A stretch of DNA of 64,000 bases, from positions 896,001 to 960,000 of the forward strand of contig OY769902.1 of the NCBI GenBank assembly GCA_963669175.1, given 5' to 3'. Source of the stretch: a bacterium (GTDB lineage Bacteria > Electryoneota > Electryoneia > Electryoneales > Electryoneaceae). Every line of letters begins with the position of its first letter. The first letter of the stretch is position 1. The notes below the pieces were generated by a model. It ran no database searches, was not told where the DNA came from, and was given only the letters and a program-made list of their open reading frames with translations. Shown here in pieces: positions 1 through 8,746 of the stretch. A program made the translations under genes and the position numbers.

Positions 1-7
1 GGCCGTA

Positions 8-664
8 ATGTTTACCGGACTGGTGGAAGAAGTCGGCACAATTCGCATGATGCGCCGCCGTGGGGACGGAGCTATCCTCACCATAGAAGCTCGCAGGGTG
101 CTGGAAGATGTACAAAAGGGCGACAGCATCGCTATTGCCGGGGTTTGTCAGACTGTCGTGCATTTCCAGCCGGGCTGGTTCCAGGTGGAAGCGGTGAAGG
201 AGACGCTTGAACGGACACGTTTTGCCGAGTGGAGCCGTGGGCAGAAGGTCAACCTGGAACGCGCCATGCGTCCCATCGACCGGCTGGGCGGACACCTGGT
301 GCAGGGGCATGTAGACGGTATGGCGGAGGTAGCGGGCATCAAACGCCTGGAGAGTTCTCACCGCCTGACCCTCCGTCCGCTTAATGGTGACATGACCTAT
401 ATCGTGGAAAAAGGTTCGATCTGCCTGGATGGGATCAGCCTTACGGTAGCGTCACTGACTGACAGCACATTTGATGTGGAAATTATTCCGCATACCTGGG
501 AAGCTACCACGCTGCACCTGCTGAAGGGTGGCGACAAGATTCACCTGGAGTGGGATGTCATCGCCAAATATGTGTACAAGATGCTACATGCTTTCAAAAG
601 TGGAACAGACAAGAAAGAATCCGGCGGCCTGACTGCGGAAAAGTTGATGGAATATGGATTCTAA
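8..664 (+). CDS. ribE: riboflavin synthase (alpha chain)
   Basis: N-terminal MFTG signature, GDSIAI..VC.TV, VNLERA and GGHLVQGHVD motifs; rib operon context. A TAATG overlap at 6-10 suggests coupling to an upstream gene outside the window. Confidence 0.96.
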   Translation: MFTGLVEEVGTIRMMRRRGDGAILTIEARRVLEDVQKGDSIAIAGVCQTVVHFQPGWFQVEAVKETLERTRFAEWSRGQKVNLERAMRPIDRLGGHLVQGHVDGMAEVAGIKRLESSHRLTLRPLNGDMTYIVEKGSICLDGISLTVASLTDSTFDVEIIPHTWEATTLHLLKGGDKIHLEWDVIAKYVYKMLHAFKSGTDKKESGGLTAEKLMEYGF

Positions 665-693
665 GTAAAGAAGGTAAAAAAAGTAAAGAAGGT
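662..693 (+). repeat. 9-mer periodic purine-rich array, left arm of cassette 1
   Basis: taagt aaagaaggt aaaaaaagt aaagaaggt, beginning in the ribE stop codon; complementary to 1149-1194. Confidence 0.8.
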
Positions 694-732
694 GATAGAG
701 TGTGACAGAATATTTTAAAGAGGGGTAATAGC

Positions 733-1098
733 ATGACTACGAAATACAAGAGCTTTGAAGAGTTGGAAATATGGCAAAAGTGATGCAGGTTGGCAGCGGA
801 TATTTACAGGGAAACCAAAGAAGGTTCCTGGAAAAATGATTATTCATTACGTGACCAAATCAGGAGAAGCGCAGTATCAATTCCATCCAATATTGCAGAA
901 GGGTATGAACGAAACAGCAGAAAAGAGTTTATCCGTTTCTTGAAAATAGCAAAAGCATCATGTGGAGAATTTCGAACACAATTATATATAGCAAAAGCGA
1001 TAGGATATATGAATAAGGAGACTTTTGATAAGTTTCACGAATCATCAAGAAAAGTCAGCGCAATGATCCAATCTTTAATAAATAGTATCAGAGATTGA
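733..1098 (+). pseudogene. four helix bundle protein (23S rRNA IVS-protein family) with in-frame TGA at 781-783
   Basis: RBS (agagggg) and ATG at 733 give MTTKYKSFEELEIWQK*CRLAADIY...LRDQIRRSAVSIPSNIAEGYER...AKASCGEFRTQL; collinear with the intact paralog at 3082. Confidence 0.8.
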
Positions 1099-1148
1099 AG
1101 ACTTGGATATTCAAGATGTTACGAACAACATTCAGAAGCATTAAGAGG

Positions 1149-1194
1149 TTTTTACTTTCTTTACCTTTTTTACGTTTTTTACTTTTTTCACTTA
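1149..1194 (-). repeat. 9-mer periodic array, right arm of cassette 1
   Basis: Reverse complement reads taagt gaaaaaagt aaaaaacgt aaaaaaggt aaagaaagt; ends a few nt before the ribBA RBS (aaggag). Confidence 0.8.
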
Positions 1195-1213
1195 TCCATA
1201 AGGAGAAACAGTC

Positions 1214-2416
1214 GTGATTTTTCATCCCATCGAAGAAGCGATAGAGGAGATCCGTGCAGGACGCATGATTATCCTGTGCGATGATGAAGACCGGGAGAAC
1301 GAAGGTGATCTGGTAATGGCGGCCTCGAAGGTGACCCCGGAAGCGGTCAACTTCATGGCGAAAAACGGGCGTGGCATGATCTGTATGTCCCTGAGCGAGG
1401 AAAAGGCTCATCAGCTCGACCTGGCGCCCATGGTGGATACCACGCATAATACCGCGTTGCACGGCACCAAGTTCACCATCACTATTGACGCTGCCGAAGG
1501 CACCACTACCGGTATTTCCGCCGCGGATCGTGCGATAACGATGCAGAAGGCTGCAGAAGCGGATGCCAAGCCGGAAGATTTCGGACGTCCGGGCCATGTT
1601 CACCCGATCATCGCTGCGCAAGGAGGAGTGTTGCGTCGGGCCGGGCACACCGAAGGCACAGTCGATCTGGCGCGTTTGGCCGGATGCCCACCATTGGGTG
1701 TTCTGTGTGAAGTGATGAACGAAGACGGTACTATGGCGCGTGTTCCCGACCTGCACAAGCGAGCGCAGGAATGGGGCCTGAAGATGTTCACTATCCGTGA
1801 TCTGATCGAGTATCGTCAGCGTACGGAAAAACTGATTGAACGTACCGTGACCGTCCCCCTGCCGACCTGGCATGGTGATTTTATGATGCACCATTACCAC
1901 GAGGTAGCTTCGGGCAAGGAACATGTTGCGTTGACATTGGGCGAGTGGGAAGAGGATGAGCCGGTGCTGGTGCGTGTGCATAGTGAATGCCTGACCGGGG
2001 ACACATTGCATTCCAAGCGCTGCGATTGTGGGCAGCAACGGGATCGCGCCCTGGAAATGATACAGGAAGAAGGCAAGGGTGTATTCCTGTACATGCGTCA
2101 GGAAGGACGTGGTATCGGCCTTGAAGCGAAGCTGAAAGCGTATGCCTTGCAGGACAAGGGACATGATACCGTGGAAGCCAACCTCTTGCTGGGATTCAAG
2201 CCAGATCTGCGTGACTACGGAATTGGCGCCCAGATCCTGCGTGATCTCGGGGTGCGCAAGATGAAGCTGATGACCAACAACCCGAAGAAAATCGTCGGCT
2301 TAAAGGGATACGGGCTGGAAGTAGTGGATCGTGCGCCGATCGAGATCGAGGCCAACGAGTACAATACCTACTACATGCAGACGAAAAAAGAAAAAATGGG
2401 GCATTTGTTGCACTAG
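1214..2416 (+). CDS. ribBA: bifunctional DHBP synthase / GTP cyclohydrolase II
   Basis: [38 protein letters not shown] and RQEGRGIGL motifs. Confidence 0.97.
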   Translation: MIFHPIEEAIEEIRAGRMIILCDDEDRENEGDLVMAASKVTPEAVNFMAKNGRGMICMSLSEEKAHQLDLAPMVDTTHNTALHGTKFTITIDAAEGTTTGISAADRAITMQKAAEADAKPEDFGRPGHVHPIIAAQGGVLRRAGHTEGTVDLARLAGCPPLGVLCEVMNEDGTMARVPDLHKRAQEWGLKMFTIRDLIEYRQRTEKLIERTVTVPLPTWHGDFMMHHYHEVASGKEHVALTLGEWEEDEPVLVRVHSECLTGDTLHSKRCDCGQQRDRALEMIQEEGKGVFLYMRQEGRGIGLEAKLKAYALQDKGHDTVEANLLLGFKPDLRDYGIGAQILRDLGVRKMKLMTNNPKKIVGLKGYGLEVVDRAPIEIEANEYNTYYMQTKKEKMGHLLH

Positions 2417-2454
2417 AAGTGAAAAAAGTGAAAAAAGTGGGCAGTGAAAAAAGA
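2417..2454 (+). repeat. GTGAAAAAA 9-mer array, left arm of cassette 2
   Basis: aagtgaaaaaagtgaaaaaagtgggcagtgaaaaaag directly after the ribBA stop; inverted copies at 3030-3066 and 3459-3494. Confidence 0.85.
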
Positions 2455-2489
2455 GCTTGAGTGGAAGCACTCTCAACTCTGACAGACTA

Positions 2490-2753
2490 GTGGACCATTG
2501 CACCTGATATGAGTTGTTCTGCTTGTTTTTGATGAGTCGATTTCAAGGCAGTTTCACGAAATCATAGTGGTTCTATTCTGAGTAAAACTAACGCAGAAAT
2601 CGGCCATCAAAAACAAGCCCTAAGGGAGCGCGCGCTTTGCCCCATGACTGCGTTGCTTTCCCTTGAAATAGCCCGCTATGTCTGTAGTCAAGCACCTTGT
2701 CCTGAGGTAAAGTGCGCAGCTCAGAAAACATCATAGCAGGTGCAATGGTCCAC
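2490..2753. mobile_element. MITE-like element (~264 bp)
   Basis: Perfect 17-bp terminal inverted repeat GTGGACCATTGCACCTG / CAGGTGCAATGGTCCAC, extending imperfectly to ~30 bp; no convincing ORF. Confidence 0.7.
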
Positions 2754-2962
2754 AAGCACGAAAACGGGAAACATGATAAAAGAAAACCAATAGAGAGTTA
2801 ATGAAAACCAAGAATTATAAAGTGTTGGACATTTTGAGGTGAATATAAGCATTAGTGGTTGATTTTTGTGGCGTTGCTGGTAAGCCGGATTGGGTCAAAG
2901 GTTTTGTCTGGCGTGATTACCTGCATAAAAGCGCAGTATCCATTCATTCGATTTTGGAAGCA

Positions 2963-3018
2963 TAGAGTTTTCTGCCATGATTCAGTCGCTAATAATACAT
3001 TTATCGAGAGAGAATTAG
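2963..3018 (+). pseudogene. 3' remnant of another four helix bundle gene
   Basis: Reads EFSAMIQSLIIHLSREN* versus EISAMIQSLITHLSKES* at the end of 3082-3447, followed by the same right-arm repeat. Confidence 0.7.
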
Positions 3019-3029
3019 TAAAGCAGTTT

Positions 3030-3066
3030 CTTTTTTCACTTTTTTCACTGTCAACTTTTTTCACTT
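3030..3066 (-). repeat. TTTTTTCAC array, right arm
   Basis: Inverted relative to 2417-2454; directly before the RBS (aggag) of the gene at 3082. Confidence 0.85.
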
Positions 3067-3081
3067 TAGCAGGAGAACCGT

Positions 3082-3447
3082 ATGGCTACCAAGAAATTTG
3101 AAGAGTTGGATATCTGGAAGCGGGGATGCAGGTTGGCTGTTGATCTTTACGGCCTGACAGGAAAAGGGAATTGGGCAAAAGATTTTTCACTTCGAGACCA
3201 GGTCAGACGATGCGCAGTGTCTGTTCCGTCCAATGTTGCGGAAGGATTTGAACGTGGTGGAGTGAACGAATTCCGTCGTTTTCTCCGTATCGCCAAGGGA
3301 TCATGTGGCGAACTTCGTACCCAACTGTATATAGCACAGGCAATCGACTATATTTCCAAACCTGATATGGATCCTATTGTTCAGGAAACACGTGAAATCA
3401 GCGCCATGATTCAATCGCTAATAACCCATTTATCGAAAGAGAGTTAG
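3082..3447 (+). CDS. four helix bundle protein (23S rRNA IVS-protein family)
   Basis: FEELDIW, LRDQVRRCAVSVPSNVAEGFER and AKGSCGELRTQL motifs; 121 aa; good RBS. Confidence 0.92.
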   Translation: MATKKFEELDIWKRGCRLAVDLYGLTGKGNWAKDFSLRDQVRRCAVSVPSNVAEGFERGGVNEFRRFLRIAKGSCGELRTQLYIAQAIDYISKPDMDPIVQETREISAMIQSLITHLSKES

Positions 3448-3458
3448 CAATACGGTTT

Positions 3459-3494
3459 CCTTTTTCACTTTTTTCACTGTCTACTTTTTTCACT
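3459..3494 (-). repeat. TTTTTTCAC array, second right arm
   Basis: Near copy of 3030-3066; directly before the ribH RBS. Confidence 0.85.
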
Positions 3495-3510
3495 CCAACA
3501 AGGGGTTATT

Positions 3511-3981
3511 GTGAAAACTATCGAAGGCATTCTGGACGGCAAGGGCAAGAAGTTTGGCATCGTTGCCAGCAGGTTTAACAGTTTTATCGTGGATCGGTTG
3601 ATTGAAGGCGCAGTGGATGGCTTGAAACGTCATGGCGTGGAAGAGGATGACATTATCCTGGCACGTTGTCCTGGCAGCTTCGAGATTCCTGGCGTGGCGA
3701 AGAAGATGGCCCGGAGCGGCAAAGTGGATGCCGTCATTGGGATTGGCAGCCTGATCCGTGGTGCAACAACCCATTACGATCACGTGGCCGCAGAAGTAAC
3801 AAAAGGCCTTGCGACGCTTTCGTTTGAGGGTGACATTCCGGTAATTTATGGGATTGTTACGGCAGAAAGCATTGAACAGGCCATTGAACGTGCGGGCACA
3901 AAAGCTGGCAACCGTGGCTTTGCTGCGGCCGAGAGCGCATTGGAAATGGTCAATCTTTACGGGAACCTGTCGTCCCTTTAG
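3511..3981 (+). CDS. ribH: 6,7-dimethyl-8-ribityllumazine synthase
   Basis: [23 protein letters not shown] and [12 protein letters not shown] motifs. Confidence 0.97.
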   Translation: MKTIEGILDGKGKKFGIVASRFNSFIVDRLIEGAVDGLKRHGVEEDDIILARCPGSFEIPGVAKKMARSGKVDAVIGIGSLIRGATTHYDHVAAEVTKGLATLSFEGDIPVIYGIVTAESIEQAIERAGTKAGNRGFAAAESALEMVNLYGNLSSL

Positions 3982-4075
3982 ACGGTTAGAGTAATACTAT
4001 AGATCGAGACCGGCAGCGCGTTGTTCCAGGAAAGGGACAACGCCCGGACAGGGATGGGGATAGATTGGAGGACGT

Positions 4076-6445
4076 ATGCGCGGCCGCACTATGACTCTGC
4101 CTCTGGGAGTCCTGGTATTAGCCTTATTTGCCGATGTGGCGTTTGGGGATACCTGGCGAACAATCACTGCCGGGTGGAAACCCAACCGAGTTGCCATTGC
4201 CGGTGGAAAAATCTGGGCGTGTTCGGAAGGTGGATTGTACGATGTCGCAGCGGATTTCTCCGACATTCGTCTCCTGAACAAGGATGACGGGCTCTATGCG
4301 AATGATGTCAATGTGGTGCGCGCGGAAGCGGACGAGTCCCGCATATGGATCGGGTATGATGATGCCGGAGTTGATCGTATTGATCCGGCCACAGGTGACA
4401 TTGTTCAACGTATCCTTGATTTTGTCGAATCGAACGAAGTCTTCTCCATCTATGATATTTTCCTGTCCGAAACAGAAGCTTACGTTGCAACAGATATCGG
4501 TGTAAGCAAGCTTATTCCTTCCGATTATGACGATCTCTGGGTCGTAAGCGAAACCTACCGAAACTTCGGAGTCGGGACAGATGCCTGGCCTCAGCCGGTC
4601 AAGGTGGAGTCTGTGTTTTCGGACGGGGAATGGTTGTTTGTCGGTGGTATAAACGGTATCGCGGTCGCGTCGCTGGAAGACAATCTGTTTGATCCCGGGG
4701 TATGGCAGACATTTGACTTTGAGAGTGACCTTCCCCATCGTAGTGATGTGACAAACAATGTGAGCTGGTTTCGTCAGATGAACGGCGAAATCTATGCTGG
4801 ATTGTACCTGTTTACTGTCGTGCGCTGGGATGGAGAAGAGTGGGATCAGGCCACTCCGAACTACAGATTCTATTTCGGTATGACGGACTCGCCTGACAGC
4901 ACGATTTACTGTGGCGCCGGCAACGGTTTATATAAATGGAATCGTGATGACAACACCTTTGACCTGCTGATCCCCGACAGCCTGACCCAAAAAGTCTTTG
5001 ATCTGACCTGGGCTTTTGGCAATGTTGTGGGAGTTCTTGATACGGACGCCAAAGATAAGGGTGGTGTATTCAGGTTTGATCCTGATACAGGCGAGTATAT
5101 CGTAATTCACCCCAACACTCCTGGTGGGAACCAGGCTACCCAATTGCACATCGATGAAAGCGGTACGGTTTGGATTACAGCGCGCTCTTCCAATCAGAAC
5201 GGTATCTATGGGTTGACGGCGGAAGGGGTATGGGAATCGATCACACGTTTGGATCTGACTCAGGATGCGTTCAACTATACGTTCCTTGATATCGGGACAG
5301 ACGATGCCGGTGGGGTCTGGATCGGCAGCCGTGGCGATGGTCTTGTTCACATCATGCCCACTGACACCGGTCTTGTTCCAACCTGGTTTAATGCGGACAC
5401 CAGTACGGGGGCACGTTTGCAACCAATGTCCAATGATGGTTTTGTTCTGATCGGTGGTGTAGCACGTGAGCCGGGAAAAGGAATGTGGTTGGTAAACACC
5501 TATGCTGGCGATGAATTATCCGGTGTGCTTCGCAAGCCATTGATCTTTGTTCCTCTCGCCTGGTATACCGACCCGACCACAGAATGGCAGACATACAGCA
5601 CGGTTGATGGTGTACCAACGATTGATATCAAGAGTGTAATACGTGACCATTATGGACGTTTGTGGTTTGGTCCTCTTTCGGACGCTGACCAGTATTCCAT
5701 GGTGATGATGAACCCGGCCGGAACACCCATGAATCCGGATGATGATTCCTACATGACATTTGGCACCGGGGATGTCGGATTCACCATGGTCAACGATATG
5801 GTGCTGGATGATGAAGGGTTCCTGTGGGTTGGTGCGCCGGATGGATTGTACTACATCGACACGAACCATGACGATAGTTTTATCGTTGGATCTGTCACTG
5901 GTGCGCTGGGAGAGGAAATCACTGCTGTAGCCCTGGACCCGATGGGGCACATCTGGTGCGGTACCCACAACGGCGTGTCGGTATTTAATCCGGCACGGAT
6001 GAGCTGGGTGAATCACTATACGGTTGCCAGTGGCCGCTATCCGAGTCGATTGGTTGACGATGATATCACCTGCATGGAATTCAACGGAGAAACCGGGGAA
6101 GCCTGGATCGGGACCAACATCGGCGTTTCCGTGTTGACGACACCATACCGGAATTTCGGAGATGAACTGGGTGAGATTGATGTGCGTCCCCAACCTTTCC
6201 TGCTAGGTAATGATGGCGTATCCCTCCAGTTTATGGGGGAAAGCCTGGTCAACGGTGCAACGATAAAGATTTTCACTCCTTCAGGCAGACTGGTGCGTGA
6301 ACTTAGCTTCAGCGAAGCCTCTTCAGAGGGGTGGGATGGACGCAACAAGGAAGGTGAACTGGTTTCCAGCGGAGTCTACCTGTTGCTGGTGACAGACCCG
6401 GAAGGACATTCCAAAGTTGGGAAAGCGGCTGTTGTGCGTAAATAA
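4076..6445 (+). CDS. secreted beta-propeller protein with C-terminal FlgD/Ig-like domain (PorZ-like architecture)
   Basis: Signal peptide; repeated D..G.[VL]W[IV]G blades; C-terminal IKIFTPSGRLV...WDGRNKEGELVSSGVY...GKAAVVR. Confidence 0.65.
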   Translation: MRGRTMTLPLGVLVLALFADVAFGDTWRTITAGWKPNRVAIAGGKIWACSEGGLYDVAADFSDIRLLNKDDGLYANDVNVVRAEADESRIWIGYDDAGVDRIDPATGDIVQRILDFVESNEVFSIYDIFLSETEAYVATDIGVSKLIPSDYDDLWVVSETYRNFGVGTDAWPQPVKVESVFSDGEWLFVGGINGIAVASLEDNLFDPGVWQTFDFESDLPHRSDVTNNVSWFRQMNGEIYAGLYLFTVVRWDGEEWDQATPNYRFYFGMTDSPDSTIYCGAGNGLYKWNRDDNTFDLLIPDSLTQKVFDLTWAFGNVVGVLDTDAKDKGGVFRFDPDTGEYIVIHPNTPGGNQATQLHIDESGTVWITARSSNQNGIYGLTAEGVWESITRLDLTQDAFNYTFLDIGTDDAGGVWIGSRGDGLVHIMPTDTGLVPTWFNADTSTGARLQPMSNDGFVLIGGVAREPGKGMWLVNTYAGDELSGVLRKPLIFVPLAWYTDPTTEWQTYSTVDGVPTIDIKSVIRDHYGRLWFGPLSDADQYSMVMMNPAGTPMNPDDDSYMTFGTGDVGFTMVNDMVLDDEGFLWVGAPDGLYYIDTNHDDSFIVGSVTGALGEEITAVALDPMGHIWCGTHNGVSVFNPARMSWVNHYTVASGRYPSRLVDDDITCMEFNGETGEAWIGTNIGVSVLTTPYRNFGDELGEIDVRPQPFLLGNDGVSLQFMGESLVNGATIKIFTPSGRLVRELSFSEASSEGWDGRNKEGELVSSGVYLLLVTDPEGHSKVGKAAVVRK

Positions 6446-6469
6446 ACACTGAATCGCCCCACTCATTAT

Positions 6470-6507
6470 CGGGTATTCCCTCGAAGCAGGGTAATACCCG
6501 TTTTTTT
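6470..6507 (+). terminator. intrinsic terminator
   Basis: cgggtattccct...agggtaatacccg hairpin followed by T7. Confidence 0.75.
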
Positions 6508-6616
6508 GTCAGAAACCTGTCTTTCCAATCGGTTGAAATTTGTTTTCTTGAGAGTTATACTCCACCGGGGTTAGAAAAGTGAGTGGGTATAGATTTTTTG
6601 TAACCGGAGTCCCCCA

Positions 6617-7651
6617 GTGGCAAATCCTTCTTCAGGTTTTCAATTGCTGGAAACCATCCCGCAGCCCGTCATTTTTACCGATACTTCGAAGCAAATCATT
6701 GCTGTCAATAGTGCATTCTGCCGTGAATATGGTTATGCATGCGACTCGCTGAAGGGTAAAGGGCTGGAAGCAATCCTGCAAAGCGAATCGTTGACAACCG
6801 TATCGTTTTCAGAGCTTCTGAGCGATGCGGATAGCCAGCCGGCAGAAAACAGGCATAAAGCAGTGATCAATGGCCATAATGGGAATTTATATCACATTTG
6901 TGTTTCTGTCGTGCCAATATATAACGGGCAGCAGGATCCACTATTTGCTCTGTTTGTTTCCTGTGATACAAAAGCTTCTCTGAAAAACGTATATGAAGAT
7001 GAAGTTGCTATTGAAATCATGGATATTTTCACAGATGGTATCGTATTCCTCAAAATGGATGGGACAATAATCTATGCCAATTCCTGGGCAATGGACTTGT
7101 TTGGAAAGTCAGTCAAAAACTTTTCTGACCTGAACATTCTTTCTATAATCACACCCGCAGATCCCGAGCTGGCAAGGCTGGAACAAACCCTGGATATATG
7201 GATAGGGGGAGGGATTGGCCAGGAAGGTTTGATTCAACACGATGAAACTGGTGAATTTCCTGTTGAAGTAAAAGGGGTGATGCTATCTACGGAGCAACAC
7301 AGAAGTGCATTTGTCTGTCTTATTATTCGTGACCTGCGGGAACGAAAACAGTTTGAAAAAACCCTGATGGAACGTGAACAGTTTGAAACAGCAGTTCAAA
7401 TGTCAATCGCTTTGGCGCACGAAGTGAATAACCCCCTGGCTGTGATCAAGGGCAGTATTGACATGATGAAGATGGGGGAATACACAGAAGAACAGCTTTC
7501 CTGGCTTGAAAAGATGGACAGTCATGTCACTCGAATTATCAAGATTGTCAAGGATATGACAGAGCTTCATTTGATAAAAAAGCGAAGCTACACGACGGAT
7601 TTGAAATATATCGACATCCACTCCAGCGCTGAAAAAGATGAAAAGGAGTAG
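6617..7651 (+). CDS. PAS-PAS-HisKA sensor protein lacking the HATPase domain
   Basis: Two PAS-like repeats (VNSAFC..YGY; ANSWA..LFG); H-box ALAHEVNNPLAVI; ends about 75 aa later with no N/G boxes. Confidence 0.8.
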   Translation: MANPSSGFQLLETIPQPVIFTDTSKQIIAVNSAFCREYGYACDSLKGKGLEAILQSESLTTVSFSELLSDADSQPAENRHKAVINGHNGNLYHICVSVVPIYNGQQDPLFALFVSCDTKASLKNVYEDEVAIEIMDIFTDGIVFLKMDGTIIYANSWAMDLFGKSVKNFSDLNILSIITPADPELARLEQTLDIWIGGGIGQEGLIQHDETGEFPVEVKGVMLSTEQHRSAFVCLIIRDLRERKQFEKTLMEREQFETAVQMSIALAHEVNNPLAVIKGSIDMMKMGEYTEEQLSWLEKMDSHVTRIIKIVKDMTELHLIKKRSYTTDLKYIDIHSSAEKDEKE

Positions 7652-7673
7652 GAGCAGCATCGCAATTTCATGT

Positions 7674-7701
7674 GCCACCCCTTCGAGGTGGCTCTTTTTT
7701 T
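7674..7701 (+). terminator. intrinsic terminator
   Basis: gccacc ccttcga ggtggc followed by a T-run. Confidence 0.6.
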
Positions 7702-7926
7702 GGCTATGTTCATTCAAAGCAGAAAGTATCCCGCCACTTCGAGGTGAATTCTCACCACAACATGAACTGGATTCATGTATACACATTGTTCGCTAGCCCG
7801 AATATTTCATGAACAAAACATGGATAATCATCTTAACACATTTCATATCAGCACAATACAACTGATTCATACAGCATTTTGCAGGGTACAGTTTGCTCCG
7901 GTATCCCTTTGCGTGTTTATTCCTTG

Positions 7927-8259
7927 GGCTGCTCACAAGAATTTGTGCATATTATCGACGAGCACGTTTCGTCAGGTCTTGACGTGATGCCTTTTTCTTG
8001 TTTTTCTCCGTAATTTCAGACATCTGTCCGACTTCACACCTGCTATTTCGCATGATAGATCGTCGTCAGGCATCACGTTGTGACCTGACGACAGCGAGAG
8101 TGCTGATACAGGTGGCAGGTCACAACGCGACAATAACAGTACGAGAGGTGGTTTCAGTATCATCGTGTATTCGGGAAAACATCGCGAAAGCCGAAAACGG
8201 AAAGTCGCGTCAAGACCTGCCACAACTTTGCCCGAATGCACAAATTCTTGTGAGGAACC
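7927..8259 (+). mobile_element. ~330-bp MITE copy 1 (GG..CC ends, 8-bp TSD; ISL3- or IS1595-like)
   Basis: TIR GGCTGCTCACAAGAATTTGTGCAT / ATGCACAAATTCTTGTGAGGAACC; TSD ATTCCTTG on both sides. Confidence 0.9.
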
Positions 8260-8350
8260 ATTCCTTGTTTCGCTGACAAACTGAAGCTGAGTTTCGGAAA
8301 CCGCCCCGGAAGGGGCAATCTGTATTAGCCCAGGGCGGCCGCCGTTAGTT

Positions 8351-8746
8351 CTGTCTCTTACCCACATCTTCTGAAAGCTGTATCAGTAAAAGAGTTGTGG
8401 ACATAGCATTTTTAGAATCCCGGCGGGATTCCCTATTTTAGCATAGTGTACAGGCCGTCTGTTTGGCCTGTACACTATGTCAGGTATTCTAACGAATAAT
8501 CAACCCTGGAAGGGTTGCATAATACGCGATTCATATTAGTACGTTCAATAAATACAGGAAATAACGCATTTTATATTCTATACAAACCAATTGGGTGTAA
8601 ATTATACGTTATGCAACCCTTCCAGGGTTGAGATAAGGTTTGATCTTTTTCGTAGGGTAGACGCTAAACAGACAGCGTCAACCCTACGCTAAAATATACC
8701 ACCCCCTCTGGGGTGGCAGAAACACGAAGATGTGAGCAAGAGACAG
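8351..8746. mobile_element. 396-bp MITE with IS50/Tn5-like (IS4 family) ends
   Basis: Ends CTGTCTCTTACCCACATCTTC / GAAGATGTGAGCAAGAGACAG; 10-bp TSD GCCGTTAGTT; internal palindromes such as CAACCCTGGAAGGGTTG. Confidence 0.85.

Noticed and set aside
781-830. Selenocysteine or TGA=Gly recoding
   Set aside because: No clear SECIS hairpin after the TGA; the paralog has Gly, not Cys; TGA is used as a normal stop elsewhere (e.g. 15727, 21097)
1088-2164. Long antisense ORFs (also 19849-20799, 29190-30461, 48258-49343, 50828-51769, 53344-54477, 60830-62104)
   Set aside because: They lie opposite well-supported genes and show no recognisable motifs; treated as shadow frames
733-3447. Diversity-generating retroelement (four-helix-bundle proteins resemble Avd)
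   Set aside because: No reverse transcriptase and no TR/VR pair with adenine-specific mismatches in the window
7972-8367. Repeated ORFs inside the 330-bp MITE copies (also near 12220-12701 and 27438-27718)
   Set aside because: Frames differ and break between copies and contain no transposase motifs
8351-8370. Nextera/Tn5 adapter contamination
   Set aside because: Both ends differ from the adapter, face each other as TIRs and are flanked by a 10-bp target duplication with an empty site elsewhere in the window
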